Origin: Macrostomum lignano
Lineage: Eukaryota
Direction of reading: 5' to 3'
Assembly (NCBI GenBank): GCA_002269645.1
Contig: NIVC01002646.1
Coordinates: 1 to 64,000, forward strand
Length of the DNA: 64,000 nucleotides
Shown: one piece after another, positions 25,801-36,905 of the stretch
How positions within the stretch are numbered: position 1 is the first letter of the stretch
Layout of the letters: the number at the start of each line of letters is the position of its first letter
The notes under the pieces: generated by a model
The model's database searches: none
What the model was told of the DNA's origin: nothing
Seen by the model: the letters and a program-made list of their open reading frames with translations, nothing else
Program-made: the position numbers and the translations under genes

Positions 25801-28800
25801 CTGTCAGGTGTTGCGACTCCACCGGATTTTGCTGCCTTGCCTGACATTGCTGCATGGATTATTTCTTGTCCAGGCTCTAGAAAAAAGAGCTTAGTACTGG
25901 CCTTGGATAGTTCTGGCAAAAAGTCGCTATCATTGATGTCGAATCCATTGGATGTCAAAATTTAGATGCCTTCAACTGCAGCTATTCCGAGCTTTAAACA
26001 GCCTTGGACAAGAAGGTCTTGCAGTGATGAAGCTAAGATCAGCTTCTTGCTCAACCGGTCGTGGTTGCTGATACAAAGCTGCATTGCAAAAGATTTAGAT
26101 ACCTAGAGTTTATCAAAGTAACATATTTGTTTATCTACATATACAGTAGCTTAGTTTACATAGTTTATAGTTTTTACTGTTTTTACACTAGGTAGTTTTA
26201 CTCAATTTTACTCACTAGGTAGATACTTAAATATGTGCACTGTTATGCCATTAAAATTGATTTATTAATCATAACATAACATTTCTTTTAAATAGCTGAA
26301 ATTTACTCTAAATTTCTATGCCAACTTGCCCAAGGCATCAGCCTTCAGGGTAGGGATATACTTAAGCCATATTGTTACAATACATGGCTCCATCTTTTGT
26401 CAGCTAGCATTCATACAGTGGCTAAATCTGACAAAACAATGCACAGTGGTAGTTGAATATTAAGCAACTAATAATAGTAAGATAATTTTCTTTATAATGG
26501 TAAGCTAATTCCATAAGTAATAGTAACAGTAGTTTTTCAAGTAAAATTTTTACAGTAAAGATAAATATATTGAGATTTAAATATATACTAAAAACACCAT
26601 AAAAATAAGTTACCCAAACTAAAAGTAGACTTTGTAAGACATAGGCACAAGTCTGTAAGACTTACATGCCAGATTAATAGCAGCAAATCAGCAACTTTTG
26701 AGGTGTGAAAAGAGCTGGAAAACCAGTACAGCTATCAAGATAGTAATGTTTTTTAGAAAACCAAAGGGTAATTGTCATAAGCCTATAAAAGGACATTAGC
26801 ATCAGGGTAAGCTGCCTTTAGAATTGCACAAAGTCTAAAAAGACTCAACATGCTATGAAAAAATATACCAAATTAGCTAAATAAATTTTGAGTTTAATAT
26901 TCAAGATTAAATGAGTATTTTATTGCAACAAATAACAGACCTTTTATCAATGTTAATTGAATAGGCCTATGGGGCAAGTGCTCTCCTAATTCAATTAAAA
27001 TAGTAATATCATTGTTGATTGTACATGAAAAGCAATGTAAATGACATAGAAATTGACTTCTGACTTGCTTACAAACAAGAATCCATTTATTATGAACTTA
27101 AAGAATATTGCTTATTAGTAAAAATTTTACTTTATTATTTTGTACTATTGGTACTACATATCTTAAATTTATTGTTCAGGCTAATATAATGAAAACCTTT
27201 AAACTTTAGCCCTTTACAGACAAAGCAAATGTTTCCTAAAATCAAATAAACAATATTAAGTTTTTTACAAAGTTGTAACTGCTCAGTATGTTCTAAAATG
27301 GAGTCAAATTTTGTAGGAATTATACTTGAATACTGAATCTCTAAAAGTGTATAACTAGAAATTATTAGTGCTTTTTGAATTTGGAACTTTTTAGCACATG
27401 TAAAAGCAACATTTTTAAAATTCCTAGACCTTCTACTTATATCTTTAATTATTTGGTGCTCTGCTTCATTTCTCATTGTCCAAAGGTAATACGCTCGTAC
27501 AAACCATTGTATAAATTATATAACTCTGGATAATGACAAATATAATGTAATTTACACTTGTATTTAGGATTCTGTTTAGTGTACTCATATTTTTTTCAAG
27601 CTGAAAAGCAATAAGATGCTGAAAATACTCTATATTTATAAAATTATTAGTACAAGGTGAAAATACAATATCGGTAAATTGATGCTGATATAGATAAGGA
27701 GCCCAAATCTTGTTCTCAAGATCAAACAAATGTACAAATAAAAGCCCAAAATATTGTAATATGCTAAACATTTGACTTGCAGTACAAGGTAAATGAAAGT
27801 TTTGTATATTATACTTAGTTATTTTAGGCATTGAAACTTTAAGAACCTTTGAAATTTGTTGATTAATCTATTCAATACTAATACTTAAGTTTTTCATTGC
27901 ATAATTTAATATAATACATACTACAATATGTGACATTCCTTCTAATATATCATGCATAATATCAGGGGCAAAGAAATATGGTAGCTCAACATAGAAAATA
28001 TTGCTTAAAATAGATTGCAAAACAAAGCCATTTGATAAATTAAATGATGAATCAATAATTGATGCATGAGTTCTTAAATCAAATTGAAAAGAATTGCTTA
28101 AATTTTCAGTATCAATACTACAAGTGTCAATATAATTTTTTTACAGAACCTACAAATAAATCCACTAGAAAACACTTATTTAATCCTATCATTTAATACA
28201 TGGATAAATTATCTCTAGTCATAAAACAGGCAACAATAGGTAAATTTAAATTAATTGCTTCTACAATAGCAAAATTGTTTAGATATAAATCATTTAACTC
28301 TTCAACTAATGGCCCCAAAACAAAATTTATACCTAACTTTTTAACTTGTAAATCTAAACATAGCATAAAATATATTTCATTGCTTTATTGTTTGCTGCTG
28401 ACAATTGTTTCTAATGGAAAAACTAGTTGAAATAAACAATAGAATATCAGATACTGCTTATTGCAAGCAGACTATGTTTTACCTTATTTTTTAAAATCTC
28501 AGTATCCAATAAAAATTGTAGCATTTTTATTTAAACATTAAACTAAATAAATAGCATTCAAGAATCTTTTTTGCTTTAATAATTTAAACTTTGTGTATAA
28601 GTAGCTTGCTATAAAAGTGCCAGGAAATATTGCTTATATATAGCCTATTGTCTGGATATTTCTCCCATATAATTTATTAGTGATTTTCATTTTTAGCCAG
28701 CTTTTTGGGCTATTAAAAGTTCTTTAATAAGGATGAATTTAAACAAAAAAGGATAGGATAAATTTTTGAAAGAAATATTATATTACTGTTTTCTTATTTA

Positions 28801-29100
28801 GACTAATTGTAGTTTGTAAAAAAGTTCAAAATCTAATATAAGGGGTATCCTTAAAGTACTTATCATATTTGCTCCAGCTCTTTAATATTTTCACCAATCT
28901 TTAAGGTGTCAGATAATATCACAACTGCTAATTTTGAAATAACTTCAAGAGTTGAAATGTAAACTAATTATGATTTTGGCACTTTTTTCCATCTCAATCT
29001 TGGTTTTAAGATCTTGAGAAAGAATTCAAGATTTGTGACTATCCAACTATTTATTAATCTTGAACTTGATCATAGAGGTCTTGTCTAAACCCTATATTTT
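22808..29100 (-). mobile_element. Degenerate EnSpm/CACTA DNA transposon (transposase + accessory ORF2)
   Basis: CACTGTAAA terminus at 22808 with GGGTCC subterminal repeats to about 23020. Transposase remnants GPLVEELNDL..TRDNLSM..FSSGFICRFC (~28310-28140) and MRNEAEHQIIK..NFKNVAFTCAKKFQ (27476-27135). ORF2 fragments at 25958-24357 end AIAICSVSFNLQHVPYLEAFLETLE. The other terminus was not found. Confidence 0.7.
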
Positions 29101-29858
29101 TTATGTTTAAAAAGTTGATATTTGAAGTTTCTTTTTATCCAGTTCCAGTTAGTTTATAATGAAAATGTGAAGAAAGGTCAGCACTAATATTATACAACCA
29201 ATGTTTTAGTAATGCTTTTTAAGGACTAAGTTTTTTTAATAGATTGGCCTCCAACTTTGTAGTTTCAATCCCAAGTATTAAGTTGTCCCTGTATTATGTA
29301 GACGTCAGACATAAGAGATTTACAATGCTGTAAATAGAAAAACAGTTAATAACAATAATATTTAGAACAACAAATAATTGTTAACAAAAGTATCAGCAAT
29401 ACTTTTTAGAGTATCAACAATGCCCAACATTGTATACAACCTCAAATCACTGACATTCAACATAATGGGTCCAAATTAAAATCACTTTAAAAAACACAAT
29501 GCCAGCTAGCATTAGTACAAGCAAAAAAAGCAATAATAAAAAAATTACCATTATGTCTACTCTGCTTTTTATACTGTCTATTTGTCAAGTCTCCAAACAG
29601 CAAGTTGTAGAAAGTCTTGAAATTCAAAAAATCCTAAAGACAATAAAATTATTGATTTTTCAAATAAAACATAAATGGAAGAAAAGATACTATCTGGCTT
29701 GGAAAACTACTATCTGGCTGTGTCAGTTTGGCATCAAGGGCTCAAATTCAAGATAGAAAAACAAAATTATGTTGTTACTGCGGAACTGACTTTGTTTTGG
29801 TAAGTTTGGTTTAAATATCAATTCATGATTTACGCAAACCTCAGCCATTTGCATAGCT

Positions 29859-32800
29859 ATGCTCAGATTTGGTCGTCACAAATCTCCCAGAGATTTGGTG
29901 CTGCAGTTGCAGTCCGCATTGCGCTCGTTGCTTCAGCACAGCAGCTCTGATAGCCGCGAATTCAAGCGAGCACACGAAGAAGTCGCCAAATCCATTGCTT
30001 CGTTGAAGCTGTTGCTAACTAATCGATTAGAGGCGTCTGGAGCAGGTTCAAGCAATCGCGAGTCTCATGAGGCTGCAATCGAAAAGTCCAGGTTGAGCGA
30101 AGCCCTGTCTGAAGTAACTAGAGTAGCTTTCAGTCAAGAGTGCTCAGGATTTCTGCCAATGCTGCTCGATTGCATCGATCGGGTAGACTTTGAGTGCGCC
30201 AAATTTATTGAACACCTGTTTGGTAATTTGCTCTCTAAACAGATTGGCAACCGGTATCCAGCTGTTGAGTATATCCTGGAGAATAGACAGGTAATTTAAA
30301 GGTTAATTGTCTGCTATAGTAGTCGCTTAATGATAATTGTGCTAAAAGTTTCTGTCATTTTATCATTAGAATCGCCTAATATAGTCATTCGGTCATTAGA
30401 ATCGCATAATATAGTAATTCAATCATTAGAATCGCCTAATGTGGTCATTAAATCATTAGAATCGCCTAATGTGGTCATTCAATCATTAATCGCCTAATAT
30501 GGTCATCCAGTCATTAGAATCGCCTAATATGGTCATCCAGTCATTAGAATCGTCATAATATGGTCATCCAGTGATTAAAATTGTCTAATATAGTCATCCA
30601 GTCATTAAAATCGTCTAATATGGTCATCCAGTCATTAGAATTATCTAATGTGGTCATCCAGTCATTAGAATCGCCTAATATGGTCATCTAGTCATTAGAA
30701 TCGCCTAATATGGTCATCCAGTCATTAGAATCGTCATAATATGGTCATCCAGTCATTAAAATCGTCTTATATAGTCATCCAGTGACTAAAATTGTCTAAT
30801 ATAGTCATCCAGTCATTAAAATCGTCTAATATGGTCATCCAGTCATTAGAATTATCTAATGTGGTCATCCAGTCATTAGAATTCCCTAATATGGTCATCC
30901 AGTCATTAGAATCGCCTAATATGGTCATCTAGTCATTAGAATCGCCTAATATGGTCATCCAGTCATTAGAATCGTCTTATATAGTCATCCAGTGACTAAA
31001 ATTGTCTAATATAGTCATCCAGTCATTAGAATCGTCTAATATGGTCATCCAGTCATTAGAATCGCCTAATATGGTCATCCAGTCATTAGAATCGCCTAAT
31101 ATGGTCATCCAGTCATTAGAATCGCCTAATATGGTCATCTAGTCATTAGAATCGCCTAATATTTTCATCCAGTCATTAAAATCGTCTTATATAGTCATCC
31201 AGTGTCTAAAATTGTCTAATATAGTCATCCAGTCATTAGAATCGTCTAATATGGTCATCCAGTCATTAGAATCGCTTAATATGGTCATCCAGTCATTAGA
31301 ATCGCCTAATATGGTCATCCAGTCATTAGAATCGCCTAATATGGTCATCCAGTCATTAGAATCGCCTAATATGGTCATCCAGTCATTAGAATCGCCTAAT
31401 ATGGTCATCCAGTCATTAGAATCGCCTAATATGGTCATCCAGTCATTAGAATCGCCTAATATGGTCATCCAGTCATTAGAATCGCCTAATATGGTCATCC
31501 AGTCATTAGAATCGCCTAATATGGTCATCCAGTCATTAGAATCGCCTAATATGGTCATCCAGTCATTAGAATCGCCTAATATGGTCATCCAGTCATTAGA
31601 ATCGCCTAATATGGTCATCCAGTCATTAGAATCGCCTAATATGGTCATCCAGTCATTAGAATCGCCTAATGATCACATTTCAATCGCTAACTGATTTATT
31701 ATCAATAAAAACTGACAGCTAAAAAAACAACCAACTCATCAGGTACTGTACAAGCTGGTAGATGGCTACCATCGACCTGAGCACGCCATCACCTTCGGTG
31801 GCATGCTCCGAGAGGCATGCCGTCACGAACGCGTTGCCGAAGCGTTCCTATGGGATTCGAGCGGCTTCTATCGGCTATTCGATCACGTGCACGGCACGGC
31901 CTTTGATGTCAGCTCTGACGCTTTCACAACTTTAAAAGATTTGCTAACAAGGCACAAAGCTGTTGTAGCTCGGTTTCTCGAACAGAATTATGTAGAATTT
32001 TTCGACAATTATAAACGACTAATTGAGTCGGAGAACTATGTCACTAAGAGGCAGGCTTTGAAGGTTGGTTGCTTTTTCTAATCTATGTATTTTTGAAAGG
32101 TTTCTAAGTCACGATAAAAATTCTCATTCTCATTCATCCATTCTCAAACTCATTCATCATCATCATCAACCTTTAAGGGCAGCCTCCTCAACATAGTCTC
32201 CAACTGTAGCAACACACTTTCCCTCAATGAGGGGATCGATAATCAAAAAAGATCCATAAAAACTGACTAAATTGTGTACTTCACCTTTCACTGTAAGACT
32301 ATCAGTGGCATTGCTGTACACCCGCTGTCCGCTTTACACCCTGAATCAGCGAATCATCGTTGCGCAAGAACACACGCTCACACAGAGTGTACAGTGGCCC
32401 TGTCATAGCATCATAGTCTCATTAATATCTTGAATAATTATTAATAATTTCAGTTGCTAGGCGAGATTCTGCTCGATCGCTACAACTACAGCGTGATGAC
32501 CAAGTACATCGCCAGTGCAGACAATCTGAAACCGATTATGAACGCTTTGAAAAGTCGACAGAAGCAAATCGCGTTTGAAGCGTTTCACTGTTTCAAGGTA
32601 AACTTGATTTAATTGTTGGAATCGAGGACTTACTGTGAGGTTTCAAGAGATTTGCTGTGACAGATTTAATGTGAGATTTCGAGAGATATACTGTGAGATT
32701 TCGAGAGATTTAATGTGAGATTTCGAGAGATACTGAGATTTCAAGAGATATACTGTGAGATTTCGAGAGACACTGTGAGATTTCAAGAGATTTGCTGTGA

Positions 32801-35252
32801 GATTTTTAGAGATTCACTGTAAAATTTTGTGAGATTTCGAGACACGCCTCTGCCTGTCTGCTCGCCTTTAGGGGCTAGCGGAATGGGTGACCCTCGCCTC
32901 CCCGCTGTGTCTACCGACCACCCTGCAGCTAAATCAAGAAGGGATTTTAGGAGATTATTCACTGGGAGATTACTGTGAGATTTCGAGAGATATACTGTGA
33001 GATTTCGAGAGATTTACTGTGAGATTTCGAGAGATTTACTGTGAGATTTCGAGAGATTTACTGTGAGATTTCAAGAGATTTACTGTGAGATTTCGAGAGA
33101 TATACTGTCAGATTTCGAGAGATTTGCTGTGAGATTTCGAGAGATTTACTGTGAGATTTCAAGAGATTTACTGTGAGATTTCGAGAGATTTACTGTGAGA
33201 TTTCAAGAGATTTTTCTGTGAGATTTCAAGAGATATACTGTGAGATTTCGAGAGATTTACTGTGAGATTTCAAGAGATTTTTCTGTGAGATTTCAAGAGA
33301 TATACTGTGAGATTTCGAGAGATTTACTGTGAGATTTCAAGAGATATACTGTGAGATTTCGAGAGATTTACTGTGAGATTTCAAGAGATATACTGTGAGA
33401 TTTCGAGAGATTTACTGTGAGATTTCAAGAGATATACTGTGAGATTTCGAGAGATTTACTGTGAGATTTCAAGAGATATACTGTGAGATTTCGAGAGATT
33501 TGCTGTGAGATTTCGAGAGATTTGCTGTGAGATTTTGAGAGATTTACTGTGAGATTTCGAGAGATATACTGTGAGATTTCGAGAGATTTACTGTGAGATT
33601 TCAAGAGATATACTGTGAGATTTCGAGAGATTTGCTGTGAGATTTCGAGAGATTTGCTGTGAGATTTTGAGAGATTTACTGTGAGATTTCGAGAGATATA
33701 CTGTCAGATTTCGAGAGATTTACTGTGAGATTTCGAGAGATTTACTGTGAGATTTCGAGAGATTTACTGTGAGATTTCGAGAGATTTACTGTGAGATTTC
33801 GAGAGATTTACTGTGAGATTTCGAGAGATATACTGTGAGATTTCGAGAGATTTGCTGTGAGATTTCGAGAGATTTACTTCGAGATTTCGAGAAATTTATT
33901 GTGAGATTTTGAGAAATCTACTGTGAGATTTTGAGAGGTTTACTGTAAGATTTGGAGAGATTTATTGTTAGATTTTTAAGAGATGTACTGTGAGATTTTT
34001 TAAAGATTTACTGTGAGATTTTGAGAGATTTACTGTGAGATTTGGAAAGATTTATTGTGGGATTTTGAGAGATTTCCTATAAGGTTTTGAGAAATTACTG
34101 TGAGATTTCGAAAGATTCACTGAGATTTTGCGATCAATTCAGACAAACTACCATTCGATGGCAGTATAGAGTTAGGAGCTATTTATAATTACCCATAGCC
34201 TAGCTTAATAACAAATTAATGAGACTGTCTCCATGCAGCTTAGTGCGGGCGATTTTGCTTTGCACTTACCTTTGTAAATTGTTAATCAGTAGGTCGATTG
34301 CGCTTGAGTTATAAACAATACTAAGTGCCCTTACTTAATACAGCACGTTTCCTAATGTTATTTTTAGAATCTGTAGTTACATTGACTGTCTGTTAGTCTG
34401 TCTGTGTGCGTCATTCAGCAGGTCATAGTGATTAGATTAGTATAGGCCATAATGTGCTAGTCTCTGAATAATTTATGATCGACATCCTCATTGACGTGAT
34501 AAAGCTAACTTTTTACGATTGGCGATTGACACGTTCGAAAGGTTTTTTTGTAACTCTGCGCACACTATGCGTCCTGCTGTATGAATGATGAGCATAGGTT
34601 TCATTTTATGGCATTGTAAAGACTCAGGGAGGGGTTTAGCAGTGGTTCATCCTGAAGATTCAGGGAGGGGGATAGCAGTGGTTCATCCTGAAGATTCAGG
34701 GAGGGGTTTAGCAGTGGTTCATCCTGAAGATTCAGGGAGGGGTTTAGCAGTGGTTCATCCTGAAGATTCAGGGAGGGGGATAGCAGTGGTTCATCCTGAA
34801 GATTCAGGGAGGGGTTTAGCAGTGGTTCATCCTGAAGATTCAGGGAGGGGGATAGCAGTGGTTCATTCTGAAGATTCAGGGAGGGGGATAGCAGCGGTTC
34901 ATCCTGAAGACTCAGGTAGGGGATAGCAGCGATTTATCCTGAAGACTCAGGTAAGGGATAGCAGCGATTTATCCTGAAGACTCAGGTAGGGGATAGCAGC
35001 GGTTCATCCTGAAGACTCAGGTAGGGGATAGCATGTATATCTGAGTTCTAACCACGGCACCCTTTTCCCCAGGTGTTCGTGGCCAACCCGCACAAGCCCC
35101 GTGCAGTGCAAAGCATCCTGGTGCAGAATCGGGACCGGCTTGTGGAGTTTCTGCAACGCTTCCAGTCTGACAGACAGTCGGACAGTCAGTTTGTTGATGA
35201 GAAGCAATATCTGATCCGTCAGATTCAGGAGCTGAGTCCTATCGAAGCTTGA
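29859..35252 (+). CDS. CAB39: MO25 / calcium-binding protein 39 family, 358 aa, 4 exons
   Basis: Exons 29859-30290, 31743-32063, 32454-32597 and 35073-35252, all GT-AG and phase 0. Motifs: [82 protein letters not shown]. Confidence 0.95.
30355..31672. repeat. 30-bp minisatellite in MO25 intron 1
   Basis: Unit AGTCATTAGAATCGCCTAATATGGTCATCC. Confidence 0.95.
32632..34130. repeat. 22-bp minisatellite in MO25 intron 3
   Basis: Unit TACTGTGAGATTTCGAGAGATT, interrupted at about 32845-32945. Confidence 0.95.
32850..32940 (+). mobile_element. Very short 3' end of an RNase H LINE inserted in the minisatellite
   Basis: GGGGCTAGCGGAATGGGTGACCCTCGCCTCCCCGCTGTGTCTACCGACCACCCTGCAGCTAA closely matches the reverse complement of 56895-56957. 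Confidence 0.8.
34620..35031. repeat. 36-bp minisatellite in MO25 intron 3
   Basis: Unit GATTCAGGGAGGGGTTTAGCAGTGGTTCATCCTGAA. Confidence 0.95.
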
Positions 35253-35453
35253 CCTGAACTCATTTTTTATGGAACTCAAGTTATGATTTTACAAGGCTGG
35301 CTCTTTAAATTTTTAACATCTTTATGAGAGATCCAATAATATTCCTTATGATTTTCCTCTTCATTTTATACTGTAATCTCATTAATATTCCTTACTCAAT
35401 AAGATTAATCTTTAAATTGCTGCATTTTATTTACTAAGATAAAGTGTGATTTC

Positions 35454-35459
35454 AATAAA
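35454..35459 (+). terminator. Candidate poly(A) signal of MO25
   Basis: AATAAA about 200 nt after the stop, followed by T/GT-rich sequence. Confidence 0.5.
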
Positions 35460-35564
35460 AATTAATTAATTGTTTTTGATATGAGGTCATCGTTATTTTC
35501 GTTTTCTTGTTTTTTAATTAGTTTTATTCGCAGGCTCAGATATTAGGGATATCACAGATAAAAC

Positions 35565-35945
35565 ATCAAATATTGAGCATATAACAGGCCAAATATTAGG
35601 GATATAACAGGCCAAATAGTGGGGATATAACAGGCCAAATATTAGGGATATAACAGGCCAAATAGTGGGGATATAACATGTCAAATATAAGGAATATAAT
35701 TCAGGCCAAATATTAGGGATATAACAGGCCAAATATTAGGGATATAACAGGCCAAGTATTAGGGATATAACAGGCCAAATATTAGGGATATAACAGGCCA
35801 AATATAGGGATATAACAGGCCAAATAGTAGGGATATAACGTGTCAAATATGAGGGATATAATTCAGGCCAAATATTGGGATATGATAGGCCAAATATTAG
35901 GGATATAAGAGATCACATATTGGGGTTATAACAGGCCAAATATTA
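35565..35945. repeat. 23-bp minisatellite, intergenic
   Basis: Unit GGGATATAACAGGCCAAATATTA. Confidence 0.9.
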
Positions 35946-36339
35946 GGGTATAGCATGTAAATAATGTGTTTGCGTATACAATGATATTCTTTGTAAAAAC
36001 AATATAGTTTGCTATTATTAATGTGAAGGTGCTGCCTTAAATTTTTCAATCAATTGCCTGTATTTTCATCGCTGATTTTTGCTGCCTATTTCGTAGATGT
36101 GTTATTAGAGGTGGTTAAAGTTTTGTTGAGCAGGAAATATTTGCTTAATTCTGTTTTTTTTTCAATGAACTACTAATCCGTCCATACGTTTCCTCGCTTG
36201 TTGAGGCTTGTGCCTTGGTTTTACCAAAAACAAAAAAAAAATTTTTTTTATTCTCATTAGCAGTAAAATGCGTTGGCTTTGTTTCATTTTTTGTTACATG
36301 AGCTTATTTATCACATCATCAAAAAGTTCCCTATTCCAA

Positions 36340-36725
36340 TATTCACAATTCGAATATTCACTATTTTCACAAACCCAGTATTCACATTTCAGATATTCCC
36401 TATTTTCACAAACCCAGTATTCACAATTCGAATATTCACTTTCACAATCCCAATATTCACACAGCCTTCAAAATTCCAATCGTCACAGTCTTTACAATCA
36501 CAATCTTAACATCATTCACAATCCCAATCTCCACAGTCTTCACAATCCCAATATTCACAGTCTTCACGATCACAATCTTCACAGTCTTCACAATCTCAAT
36601 CTTCACAATCTTCATATTCACAGTCTTCACAATCCCAATATTCACAGTCTTCACAATCCCAATATTCACAGTCTTCACAATCTCAATCTTCACAGCCTTC
36701 ACAATTCCAATATTCAATCTTCACA
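36340..36725. repeat. ~24-bp degenerate minisatellite, intergenic
   Basis: Unit approximately TTCACAATCCCAATATTCACAGTC. Confidence 0.85.
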
Positions 36726-36905
36726 AAACTAAAAATAGATATACGAAATAGCAATTAAGTGATTAACTCTGATTTATCACACCTGTTTCAGCTTCAACCG
36801 TCTTCTGCAGAACAAAAAATTGCTTTTAAAATTAAGAAATTAAACAAAACAGCCGGGCCTCTGGGGCGAACTGGTTGTTGACCCTGCGCTGGTCAGCCCT
36901 CGAGC

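Noticed and set aside
34585-34926. AVVHPEDSGRG repeat protein and similar repeat ORFs (31187-31694, 46552-47419, 48317-48970)
   Set aside because: Intronic or UTR tandem repeats without splice or start context.
30355-35031. Regular arrays as CRISPR
   Set aside because: Units are head-to-tail with no unique spacers, no cas genes are present, and the context is eukaryotic introns.
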